Virus record (IMG/VR): IMGVR_UViG_3300027769_000875
Span: 1-64,000 of that record
Origin: a virus
Reading direction: 5' to 3' (one strand)
Length of the DNA stretch: 64,000 bases
Translations under genes and position numbers: made by a program
Shown here: positions 1 to 8,047 of the stretch, one piece after another
Numbering within the stretch: the first letter of the stretch is position 1
Layout of the letters: each line of letters opens with the position of its first letter
The notes under the pieces: model-generated
Database searches by the model: none
The model's input: the letters and a program-made list of their open reading frames with translations, nothing else
What the model was told of the DNA's origin: nothing

Positions 1-2
1 GT

Positions 3-521
3 TCTTTTGCAACTAAACATGTAAACAATAAACTTTTAGAGTTTAACCCTGAAGGTAAAATTAGAATCAGATTTAGTCTTATGCCAATACCTTATGCAAA
101 GATTTTAGAACCAAATACAAGTAAGATTATAGATAGAATTAAAGCTATCAATGATTTTATTGAAGCAGGTTATGACGTGCATATCAACTTTTCTCCTGTG
201 ATTGTCACAGATGGATGGTTAGAACAGTACAGAATCTTATTTGAGGGTGTTGATGCCTTTGTAGATAGAAAGTATAAGCATCTTGTTAAGTCAGAAGTTA
301 TCTTTCTTACACACAGCAGAGATAAACATCAGTACAATTTGGACAATGAGTTACCTGGTGAGAATCTTTTATGGCGTCCTGATATACAAGAGGATAAAAT
401 TTCTCAGTATGGAGGTGAAGCACTGCGTTACAAATCAGGTTACAAAGCAGAAAGAATCAAAGAATTTTTAGAACTAAAAGATGAAGTGATACCATGGAAC
501 AAGACGAGATACATATTTTAA
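3..521 (+). CDS. Spore photoproduct lyase (SplB)-like radical-SAM protein, C-terminal part (5' end outside window)
   Basis: The frame is open from base 3 (SFATKHVN...KIRIRFSLMP), then LEPNTS..IDRIKAINDFIEAGYDVHINFSPVI, SEVIFLTH, KISQYGG..LRY, ending RYIF. This matches the C-terminal half of the SPL family. The CxxxCxxC motif would lie upstream of the window. Confidence 0.8.
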   Translation, partial: SFATKHVNNKLLEFNPEGKIRIRFSLMPIPYAKILEPNTSKIIDRIKAINDFIEAGYDVHINFSPVIVTDGWLEQYRILFEGVDAFVDRKYKHLVKSEVIFLTHSRDKHQYNLDNELPGENLLWRPDIQEDKISQYGGEALRYKSGYKAERIKEFLELKDEVIPWNKTRYIF

Positions 522-646
522 ATGGAGTTAAAGTTGCCACTCCATATCGCAAAAAGAAAAAAGCAGAAGATACACCTGCTCAAAGACGTGAAAAACAAAA
601 GGCAAAAGTTAAAACAAAAGGGGTAAACAATGAGGAGGGTGATTAG
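494..646 (+). CDS. Small basic hypothetical protein (50 aa)
   Basis: Hand translation MEQDEIHILNGVKVATPYRKKKKAEDTPAQRREKQKAKVKTKGVNNEEGD; fills the gap between neighbours. Confidence 0.5.
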   Translation: MEQDEIHILNGVKVATPYRKKKKAEDTPAQRREKQKAKVKTKGVNNEEGD

Positions 647-670
647 TATTAATTTAAAAAATCAAAAAAA

Positions 671-1129
671 ATGAAAAGTTTATTATTAGCCTTGGCAACA
701 GTTACATTATTTACAACTACATCTTTTTCACAATGGGTGAGTAAAAAGATTGACAATGGATTTGATACTCCATATTACATAGCATATACACAAGATGGTC
801 AAGATGCATATCTTAAATTAGAAAACTATAATGGAATTGCATTCTATATGGGTGGAGTATATATCTGTGATGAAGCTGTTAATGTAGATATTTCTTTTCT
901 AGTTAATGGAGAGTATCAAAAGTATTATACAAAAGGTAATGTATCTGAAAACCGTAAAACAGTTTTTATGGTAGATGATCTTAACACAGACCCAGAGTTT
1001 TTAGCTGATTTTAAAGCTGCCTCTGTTGTGAGAATTAGAGTTAATGATACTACTTGTGATACAGAAATCTATGAATTTAAAATGACAGGCAGTACAGCAG
1101 CCTTTAATACAGTGTCTAATCAAAAGTAA
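671..1129 (+). CDS. Secreted/periplasmic hypothetical protein
   Basis: N-terminal signal peptide MKSLLLALATVTLFTTTSFS followed by Q, as is typical of Bacteroidota secreted proteins. Confidence 0.75.
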   Translation: MKSLLLALATVTLFTTTSFSQWVSKKIDNGFDTPYYIAYTQDGQDAYLKLENYNGIAFYMGGVYICDEAVNVDISFLVNGEYQKYYTKGNVSENRKTVFMVDDLNTDPEFLADFKAASVVRIRVNDTTCDTEIYEFKMTGSTAAFNTVSNQK

Positions 1130-1131
1130 TT

Positions 1132-1326
1132 GTGAAGCACTTTCTTAAATATCTAGTGGTGTGGATAAGTCAAAACTTGTCCATACCATTCTGGATGGTG
1201 GGTCATGTTCACTTATCAGTGAACGTATATGAAGACATCCATGAAATAATAGCATCATTTGGAATGAATGTGCTTGTTGCTATTGGATTTATTATTGATT
1301 ACTTAGAAAAAAGGAGAGAAAAATGA
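1132..1326 (+). CDS. Small membrane protein
   Basis: Two hydrophobic segments; GTG start; 4-bp overlap with the next gene. Confidence 0.6.
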   Translation: MKHFLKYLVVWISQNLSIPFWMVGHVHLSVNVYEDIHEIIASFGMNVLVAIGFIIDYLEKRREK

Positions 1327-1685
1327 AAATGTTTTTAGTACTATCAGGAATCTTTAGTTTATTAGGATTCAGATTTTTTGTTGTAGAAGGTACAGCAAGT
1401 TATTATGGCCAGCATTGGACAGGAAGATTGACAGCATCAGGAGAAACTTTTTATGCAGACAGTCTTACTTGTGCACACAAAACATATAAGTTTGGAACAT
1501 TGCTTAAAGTCACAGACTTAAGGACTGATTCAGTTATATATGTTAAAGTAAATGACAGACTACCAAAGTCTTCAAGGTTTATTGTAGATCTTAGCTATGG
1601 GTGTGCAAAGAAACTAAACTTTACAAAAGCTGGTATTATACCAGTATCTTTGGAAATATATGATACTGTACCCCTAAACAAGTAA
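1323..1685 (+). CDS. rlpA: RlpA-like (DPBB fold) lytic transglycosylase
   Basis: GTASYYG..GRLTASGETF..LTCAHKT..FGTLLKV..VKVNDR...IVDLS motifs and an N-terminal hydrophobic anchor. Confidence 0.85.
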   Translation: MKMFLVLSGIFSLLGFRFFVVEGTASYYGQHWTGRLTASGETFYADSLTCAHKTYKFGTLLKVTDLRTDSVIYVKVNDRLPKSSRFIVDLSYGCAKKLNFTKAGIIPVSLEIYDTVPLNK

Positions 1686-1687
1686 AC

Positions 1688-2113
1688 ATGATGATAACTA
1701 TTTTTAGAGGAACCTATATCTTATTGTTAAGTTATGATCCTTGTGATGTTTTTGACTATTTTGATGTAAATGAAATGCATGGATTGACAATATCTGAATG
1801 CATTACGCATCACAACACTCCTGACAGTTCTTATATTGCAGGATGGTGCAATTTTGTACCAAAAGAATCTGGAGATTACGGTAAGGATGACGCACGTTAT
1901 GTATTTATCAATCTTACAAGATGCAAAGATGATATTTCTACTATGGGTTTGATTATGCATGAATTAATGCATCAATCTTTTTTTATTCATGATTACAATA
2001 TGGATAGTGAAGAAGAAATTATTACATGGGCAGAAGAAGAATCCTATGAAGTGTTTAACTTAGTAAAACCTTTCAGAGGAAAAGTAGTAAAGCAAGCACT
2101 TAATCCAAAATAA
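1688..2113 (+). CDS. Putative zinc metallopeptidase (HExxH)
   Basis: IMHELMH motif followed by downstream EEE. Confidence 0.55.
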   Translation: MMITIFRGTYILLLSYDPCDVFDYFDVNEMHGLTISECITHHNTPDSSYIAGWCNFVPKESGDYGKDDARYVFINLTRCKDDISTMGLIMHELMHQSFFIHDYNMDSEEEIITWAEEESYEVFNLVKPFRGKVVKQALNPK

Positions 2114-2114
2114 A

Positions 2115-2255
2115 ATGGCAGAGATAAAAAAGAAATGTTACAATTGCCATTTAGAAAAGCCAAGATCTGAAATGCAAGAAATGGGTGTTTGGGTTTGTAA
2201 TCAATGTTTTGAAAAGTTTAGTGCACCAGTTAAAAAACCAGTTAAAACTAAATAG
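2115..2255 (+). CDS. Small zinc-finger-like protein (46 aa)
   Basis: Hand translation MAEIKKKCYNCHLEKPRSEMQEMGVWVCNQCFEKF..., two CxxC pairs. Confidence 0.55.
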   Translation: MAEIKKKCYNCHLEKPRSEMQEMGVWVCNQCFEKFSAPVKKPVKTK

Positions 2256-2432
2256 ATGAACCAAGAAACACTTGAAGAAGCAAAAGAAAGATATTTAGAT
2301 TCTCCAACACCTCATTCATATAGGTTAGCAGTAGAATTTGGTGCTAAATGGCAACAAGAACAGATGGAGAAGTTGAAAGACTTTGAAGTCTGGAAAGAAT
2401 GGAAGAACACAGGTATAATTAAATCAGAATAA
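2256..2432 (+). CDS. Small hypothetical protein of the ETLEEA...GAKWQQE type common in Bacteroidota phages
   Basis: Hand translation MNQETLEEAKERY...VEFGAKWQQEQMEK... Confidence 0.6.
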   Translation: MNQETLEEAKERYLDSPTPHSYRLAVEFGAKWQQEQMEKLKDFEVWKEWKNTGIIKSE

Positions 2433-2531
2433 GATGAGTAGTAGAAAACCAAACTTAGGAGATTTGTATGGTGATGCAGTATTAGTTATCTTAGCACCTC
2501 TGATTGTTTTATATCTAATACAAATGTTCCA

Positions 2532-2780
2532 ATGAGCGAAGACCAAAAAAAGAAAGTTAAAGTAGAAGATCCCATTGTGCTTAGCGTAATGGGAAAATTC
2601 TACAAAAGAAGTCAATTAGGTATCAAAAAGTATGGTACAATGCTCAATCGCACAGACTTGACAATGTCTGAATGGCTTACACACGCACAAGAAGAGGCAA
2701 TGGATCTTTGCTTGTATCTTGAAAGATTAAAATCAGAAGTAAAAGAGTATGAGTCTAAAATCAGAAATCATAAAGAATGA
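2532..2780 (+). CDS. Conserved phage protein, all-alpha NTP-pyrophosphohydrolase-like
   Basis: RSQLGIKKYGTML.R.DL...EWLTHAQEEAMDLCLYL, with an EExxD helix. Confidence 0.6.
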   Translation: MSEDQKKKVKVEDPIVLSVMGKFYKRSQLGIKKYGTMLNRTDLTMSEWLTHAQEEAMDLCLYLERLKSEVKEYESKIRNHKE

Positions 2781-2896
2781 CATTATTTCCAATAACAAAG
2801 ATTGGAAACTATTTAGTGACAAAATCATTAAGTCTTACATAAAGAGTAAGTACAAAGTGTCAAATTACATTATCAATAAAGTAATTAAGGAGTTAG

Positions 2897-3121
2897 ATGA
2901 CAGCAAAGCAGAAAGCAGATGAATTAGTAGATAGATTCTACTGGACATTTGGAGATGGTTATCTAGGTGAGCAACATATTCAACTTGCTTTGATTACTGT
3001 TGATGAAATGATTAAGCAATTGCCTTTTACTGACTTGAACACTTACATTGGTAAATGGTGCGAGCAGCAAAGGCAGTTCTTAAATGAAGTAAAAGGTGAA
3101 ATTTTAATGCATAAGATATGA
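2897..3121 (+). CDS. Hypothetical protein (MTAKQKADELV family of Bacteroidota phages)
   Basis: ORF with ALITVDEM..EVK pattern. Confidence 0.65.
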   Translation: MTAKQKADELVDRFYWTFGDGYLGEQHIQLALITVDEMIKQLPFTDLNTYIGKWCEQQRQFLNEVKGEILMHKI

Positions 3122-3210
3122 ATTGTAAAAAGTATCCACAGTGGTTGATCAATGTGTTACACTTATTAGCAGGGATAACCATTGGATTTTTAATCTCTTA
3201 AATTAAAGTT

Positions 3211-3429
3211 ATGTCAGATATAACTAAATGTCATGGATTTGACTGTCCAGTAAAAGAAAAGTGTAGAAGATACACAGCACAAGCAAATGATCATTGGCAA
3301 TCATACTTTTTAGAACCACCATATGAGAAAACTGATACAAGTTTTACATGTGATATGTTCTGGGGAGATAACGCAGAAGCAGTCTGGCAGGACTTAAAAA
3401 GAGCAATGGGTATCAATTTACCTGAGTAA
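3211..3429 (+). CDS. Cys-rich hypothetical phage protein
   Basis: MSDITKC.G.DCP.KEKCRRYTA...C..FW. Confidence 0.7.
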   Translation: MSDITKCHGFDCPVKEKCRRYTAQANDHWQSYFLEPPYEKTDTSFTCDMFWGDNAEAVWQDLKRAMGINLPE

Positions 3430-3431
3430 TT

Positions 3432-3670
3432 TGTCCAGTAAATTGTGCAAAAAACTGGACATTTTTCAACCTATAGGCTGATATTTTTTCAAAATTTTAA
3501 GGCTATAGGTTGACAAAATCATATTATATTGCATATAATCAGGTGTAAAAACACAAAAACTGATGCAATTGCATATAAAATCACAATATAAAGTGCATTT
3601 TAATACCCTTTCAGGTATAAATGAGTCATAAAAAGGACAATTATACCCTTTAGGGTGCATTATAAAGCAC
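3432..3670. repeat. Array of four tandem inverted repeats with self-palindromic arms
   Basis: TGTCCAGT/ACTGGACA (3432-3461); TCAACCTATAG/CTATAGGTTGA (3466-3513); TTATATTGCATATAATCAG..CTGATGCAATTGCATATAA (3524-3578); GTGC..TACCC..GGTATAA / TTATACC..GGGT..GCAC (3593-3670). Confidence 0.8.
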
Positions 3671-3788
3671 ATTAGTATTTACAAAAACCTATAACAATGA
3701 AAAAACTATTTAAACTTATGGCTTGGTTACAAGAACAAAAGATACAAGCCATGATTCATTCTAGTAGAGGTTTTAATTAATATGTATT

Positions 3789-4088
3789 ATGGAAGAACCA
3801 TTGATATCATTGCATCCAAAATCATGTCAAGAGAAACTCTTATGGGAAAAAGAAAGAGTAAAAAAATTGACTGAAGAGAACAACAAATTGTTGTCTCAAA
3901 TAAACAATTTATCTTCTCATATTGAAGATTTAAAACAACAAATGAAATTTACGCAAGTTGGTGCGTTGATTCTCAAGACTCAAAAGCAAAAACAAACCAT
4001 AGCAGACTTAGAGAATAGAAACAAAGACTTAAAGTCTAACAATGAGCAGTTAATAGTAAAATTAGGTAGACTGCAGGCTAATCGTTGA
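3789..4088 (+). CDS. Coiled-coil hypothetical protein
   Basis: Heptad-rich 99-aa ORF. Confidence 0.65.
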   Translation: MEEPLISLHPKSCQEKLLWEKERVKKLTEENNKLLSQINNLSSHIEDLKQQMKFTQVGALILKTQKQKQTIADLENRNKDLKSNNEQLIVKLGRLQANR

Positions 4089-4359
4089 TGTCAGAATCTT
4101 CTTTAAGAAATTTTGCTTTTTCTGCAATAACATTAAATATAACCATTGCAGCAGCTGAGCTAAAACATTCATCAATTTTTGTTTGTACAATATCCATAGA
4201 AACAGGGGTTGTTAGTACTTCCCCTGTTCTTAGATGTATTTTAGTTCCTGCATCAGGATTCATTACATTCACAAAAGATGTGCGTGTTATGTGTGTTATA
4301 TTGATGTGCTCAATATAATCACCATTTTCTGGATCTTTAAATAGAATAGGTAGAAACAT
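4078..4359 (-). CDS. Hypothetical protein
   Basis: ATG overlaps the stop of the upstream phosphoesterase (TAATG coupling). Confidence 0.65.
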   Translation of the reverse strand: MFLPILFKDPENGDYIEHINITHITRTSFVNVMNPDAGTKIHLRTGEVLTTPVSMDIVQTKIDECFSSAAAMVIFNVIAEKAKFLKEDSDIND

Positions 4360-5381
4360 TATACTACTATGTTATTTTCTATTTTGTAATTATCCACTGC
4401 TACTGTATTATTTATTTTGGTAAGTATACAAAATCCATGATTCCATTCATTTATTTCCATATAGTCTGGAGATAAATCACATAAGCATCCCACGCTGTAG
4501 CCATTAATTGATTTTGAATCTTCAGTTCCATAAACTCTTTGAGAACTTTGAGAACTTTTATGAAAGTGATTTACAACACAATTGGTTTTGAATCTCATAA
4601 GTGCTGTTCTTGCAGGAACTACTCCTCCAGCACCTGGAATTTTATCACCATGCTCAATAAGAAAATCACCAAATACAACTTTGGTTCTAAATGGTATATA
4701 TTCTATTCTGTGTTCTGCAACTTTAAGTATAACATCCAATCTGAACTCATCCATATCAAGGAGTTCAGCAGATTTGATTCTTAAGTATCTTTCAAATCTG
4801 TTTTCATGATTACCAGGTATAAAGTATATTGGAATATCAGGAAATCTTGAGCGTATGTATCCAAAAAATTGTTTACCTGCTTCTATTTCATCTTTAAATT
4901 TCACTTTGCGTGGATCTTTTTCATGAAAAGAAAGTTGGTAGAAATCTAATAAGTCTCCATTGATAAGAATACTGTCTACAGACTCTGACTCAATTTTGTC
5001 AAGAGCTGTTTCAACTGCATCTTCATCGTGAAATGGGACATGTAAATCACCTATAATAGCAAGTTTTTTACAACCTGTTGGGAAAGTAAATGTGCCACGC
5101 TTTTCTTTTAAAGAAGATGGCATTGTCTGAAAGTTTTGCATAATATTAGCTTTTAGTTCTTTTCTAAGATGTGAAAATTCACATTTATAATTTCTAGATT
5201 TTTTACCTTTTTGACCTCTATAATACCTAACTCTGGTATATACACTTTCAAAATCATCAAAGAATCCAGAATTTTCATTGTAAATTTTACGTGCAATTGA
5301 TTTAGAAGGCGTATCCTTAAACTTTTCTAAATATTCAATGATGATTTGTGTTGATGCTAATCTGCTTGATTTTTTTTGCAT
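4359..5381 (-). CDS. Calcineurin-like metallophosphoesterase
   Basis: GDLH, GDLLD, GNHE, HGD and HFH motifs in canonical order. Confidence 0.88.
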   Translation of the reverse strand: MQKKSSRLASTQIIIEYLEKFKDTPSKSIARKIYNENSGFFDDFESVYTRVRYYRGQKGKKSRNYKCEFSHLRKELKANIMQNFQTMPSSLKEKRGTFTFPTGCKKLAIIGDLHVPFHDEDAVETALDKIESESVDSILINGDLLDFYQLSFHEKDPRKVKFKDEIEAGKQFFGYIRSRFPDIPIYFIPGNHENRFERYLRIKSAELLDMDEFRLDVILKVAEHRIEYIPFRTKVVFGDFLIEHGDKIPGAGGVVPARTALMRFKTNCVVNHFHKSSQSSQRVYGTEDSKSINGYSVGCLCDLSPDYMEINEWNHGFCILTKINNTVAVDNYKIENNIVV

Positions 5382-5480
5382 AATCAGAATGGGTCTTCAC
5401 TAGAATATACGTATTTTAAAATACAATTACAAAAATATTTAAAGATAATCAGTCGCAATCCACAAGTATTCAACGTCAAT

Positions 5481-5825
5481 CAGATTACACCTTTTATACT
5501 TTTATAGTACAGAAATGTGTAATGTGAAGTACAAGCAATCGAGGTGGCTAAAGCCATACTGTTGACTACCAAGAATAGATTGGACTCCAAAACATTGAGG
5601 AGTATAAACAAAATATCAGCAGTAATGCTGGACGTGTTGTTCCCTTGAGAAAGGAATGCTGCATAAAAAGTGGGTAGTAAAGGTTTAAGTACCAGGACGT
5701 CCCAACAACGCGAATGAGTTCTCAGCTTGACCCTACATATGAGGGTGCTAATATGATGAGCAACTAAAAACCGTGCTAAAGGTTGCCTACAGGGAATAGG
5801 TCTGTGACACTGGGAAAGACTAGAG
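5481..5825 (+). ncRNA. Candidate large structured non-coding RNA (unassigned family)
   Basis: At least nine helices found by eye, GNRA loops (GUAA, GAGA), G-U pairs, a long-range helix 5633-5639/5706-5712 and a possible pseudoknot 5565-5570/5673-5678. Hand count gives about 43% GC for 5541-5820, higher than the very AT-rich intergenic DNA elsewhere. Confidence 0.65.
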
Positions 5826-5856
5826 TTAAATTTTTTTATTAACCAAAACAAATGCT

Positions 5857-6324
5857 ATGGCAAAAACTGTAACAAAAGTTCTTCTAGGACATGTGGCTGT
5901 GGACTCAGGTCAGTTGATGATTTGTGATCCATGCTACATTGATTCTGAATGGGAGAATGAAGATTTTGTAGATATTAGAGTCTACAAAAATGAAGAAACT
6001 GGTAAGACATTGACTTATCCTAATGATTTTAGTAATTATGAAATGAAATTACCTGAGTATGATGGTAAGACCATGAATGAATTACTCTACAAAGAAGGAG
6101 GATGGAAAGAAATGAAATCTCCAAAAGCTAAACATGGATTTAGTTACAATGCATGTGCAAAAGCAACTTTATCAGAAGATGGACATGGTGAACTTTCATT
6201 TAAAATGGGTCATACTGGTGCTGGTTTAGCATTTGGGACTGCATTTGGAGATGGAGAGTATCCTGTATACGCTCACTATGATGAAGATGGAGTTATTGTT
6301 TCTGTAACTGTTTATATGCAGTAA
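5857..6324 (+). CDS. DUF4241-like protein
   Basis: VAVDSGQLMICDPCY and TAFGDGEYPVY motifs. Confidence 0.65.
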   Translation: MAKTVTKVLLGHVAVDSGQLMICDPCYIDSEWENEDFVDIRVYKNEETGKTLTYPNDFSNYEMKLPEYDGKTMNELLYKEGGWKEMKSPKAKHGFSYNACAKATLSEDGHGELSFKMGHTGAGLAFGTAFGDGEYPVYAHYDEDGVIVSVTVYMQ

Positions 6325-6325
6325 C

Positions 6326-6508
6326 ATGGAAGAGTTTAAATTTACAGAGGAATCATTTAAAAAGTTTAAAGAGCTTTATGATAAATCTGAAAAAGACAAA
6401 GTGGAAAGCTTTGAGTTTGAAGGACACCAAGTTCTTACACTCTATGCTAAGTATGTAATTGAATATGTTGAATGGAATGACAAGGGAAGAACGAGTAGCA
6501 CAAGCTAA
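6326..6508 (+). CDS. Small hypothetical protein
   Basis: F.FEG..VL..YAKYVIEY pattern; tight packing. Confidence 0.6.
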   Translation: MEEFKFTEESFKKFKELYDKSEKDKVESFEFEGHQVLTLYAKYVIEYVEWNDKGRTSSTS

Positions 6509-6707
6509 AGAAATCCTTCGTAGAGAAGGCTATTTTGTTGACAATTTATGGCATATTGATGACATTCAGTATCGTTACAATTGTGATGATGATGAGCAAG
6601 CACATGATATACTAAACAGTGCTTTGACAAATGACGCAACTATGGAGCAAATTTGGTTTGCAATAGACATGGTAGCACAAGATGAAAGTTTAACTTTAAT
6701 AGATTAA
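6477..6707 (+). CDS. Hypothetical protein
   Basis: Probable ATG at 6477 (MTREERV...); acidic. Confidence 0.6.
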   Translation: MTREERVAQAKEILRREGYFVDNLWHIDDIQYRYNCDDDEQAHDILNSALTNDATMEQIWFAIDMVAQDESLTLID

Positions 6708-6709
6708 TT

Positions 6710-6934
6710 ATGGCAATGTTTAACGTTGATGATGAATTTGACAAAATGATGCAGGCTATTGGCCTTGGCGAAATGCCAAAAGATGACTTACAGTACACTG
6801 AAATGCGTAAAGGATTTATTGCTGGTGCTATGGTAATGTTTCAAACTGTTTTAAATTTGCAAATGCTTGATGATGATGCTGCTATGGCAGAAATCAATAG
6901 CATATCAGAGCACTTAATGACTGTAAAAATATAA
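6710..6934 (+). CDS. Hypothetical protein
   Basis: Tightly packed ORF (EMRKGFIAGA). Confidence 0.6.
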   Translation: MAMFNVDDEFDKMMQAIGLGEMPKDDLQYTEMRKGFIAGAMVMFQTVLNLQMLDDDAAMAEINSISEHLMTVKI

Positions 6935-6938
6935 TACA

Positions 6939-7247
6939 ATGGCAACTAAAAGAATACCTAGAGCCAAGCGTATAGAAAATGCTATGCTTGATTGTTACAG
7001 AGATCTCTTTGCTAACAGTACTCCAAAAGGAGATTTTGACAAGCTCATGGAAGAAGCTGAATTAAATGAATTTGGTCAAAAGGTAATACCATTTATGGAT
7101 TATGAGATTGATGAAGAAGATTTTGAAACCATTTTGGAAAAGTATATGAATGACAAATCTATCAAGTTATCAGCTTATGAAAAGCGTGGTTTTAGTATAG
7201 CAATCACTTTAGGTTGTTCTCCTAAGTTTAAACCAAAATTTTTGTAG
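6939..7247 (+). CDS. Hypothetical protein
   Basis: Tightly packed ORF ending LGCSPK. Confidence 0.65.
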   Translation: MATKRIPRAKRIENAMLDCYRDLFANSTPKGDFDKLMEEAELNEFGQKVIPFMDYEIDEEDFETILEKYMNDKSIKLSAYEKRGFSIAITLGCSPKFKPKFL

Positions 7248-7255
7248 TAAATTTG
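7248..7255 (+). promoter_or_regulatory. Bacteroidota -7 promoter element TAnnTTTG (TAAATTTG)
   Basis: Intergenic, 30 bp upstream of the ATG at 7285. Confidence 0.5.
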
Positions 7256-7284
7256 ATTTTAATAAACATCTAAAATTTAAAGTT

Positions 7285-7536
7285 ATGGCCACTGCTGTTA
7301 AAACTAAAGACTACGAACTGACAAAAGAGAATGGTTACAAAATAAAAAAAGTAACTGCTAACAATGAAATAAAGTATGCTGTTTTAGAGTACAAAACATT
7401 TTTAAGATTCTTTAAAGAATTTAAAATGTGGAATTACGTAAGAAACAAAAAGAACAAAGAAGTAAGATTGTTCAAAGATTTACGTTCTGCTCAAGCATAC
7501 ATTAACTATCAGACAAATCCTGATATGAGAAGGTAA
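7285..7536 (+). CDS. Basic hypothetical protein
   Basis: 83-aa ORF in the early cluster. Confidence 0.6.
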   Translation: MATAVKTKDYELTKENGYKIKKVTANNEIKYAVLEYKTFLRFFKEFKMWNYVRNKKNKEVRLFKDLRSAQAYINYQTNPDMRR

Positions 7537-7540
7537 TAAT

Positions 7541-7789
7541 ATGAAATGGGAATTTAACAACTTTGTAGTTGTCTCAATTTCTGATTCATCCAAAAATACA
7601 AAACCAGTAGTAAGATTAGATTTTGCAAATTGTGATGGTCCTGATTATAAAATAATGGGATACGTCATGGCGCAAGCTATGCATACTGCTGGTATTGTAT
7701 ATGATGGATGTTGGGACTCAGATGAAGACAACATGATAGCGTGGGCAGAAAGTACTGCTCATGAGATTTTTGAAAACTTTTTTATGTAA
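7541..7789 (+). CDS. Hypothetical protein
   Basis: Its C-terminal half (MG.VMAQAMH...DEDNMIAWAE..AHEIF) resembles the end of the 1688..2113 protein. Confidence 0.6.
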   Translation: MKWEFNNFVVVSISDSSKNTKPVVRLDFANCDGPDYKIMGYVMAQAMHTAGIVYDGCWDSDEDNMIAWAESTAHEIFENFFM

Positions 7790-7794
7790 AGACT

Positions 7795-8046
7795 ATGAGT
7801 AGTATACTGATTAACAAAAAACCATTTTCCAAAATAGAATATTATGATGGAGTGTATAAAACTGATATATCTGATACAGATGATGAGGCAATGATACGCA
7901 CATTTGATTTTACTGCTGAGCTTACTATAGATGCAGATAATGATCTTTTAGAGGTTACAGGAATTATATGGACTGACGAAGAACCACCAGCAAAAGAAAT
8001 TGCTGAAGACAGAATTAAAGAAAAATTTTACGATCAAATAGAATAA
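7795..8046 (+). CDS. Acidic hypothetical protein
   Basis: Tightly packed ORF. Confidence 0.6.
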   Translation: MSSILINKKPFSKIEYYDGVYKTDISDTDDEAMIRTFDFTAELTIDADNDLLEVTGIIWTDEEPPAKEIAEDRIKEKFYDQIE

Positions 8047-8047
8047 T

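Noticed and set aside
3432-3670. CRISPR or mini-CRISPR array
   Set aside because: No identical direct repeats with unique spacers; the units are different inverted repeats.
5481-5825. tmRNA, RNase P, tRNA or group I/II intron identity for the RNA candidate
   Set aside because: No tRNA-like ends or CCA, no RNase P GAGGAAAGUCC, no interrupted gene and no recognisable intron core or domain V.
5480-5851. 123-aa minus-strand ORF over the structured region
   Set aside because: TTG start, atypical composition and no motif; the + strand GNRA loops and helices explain the region better.
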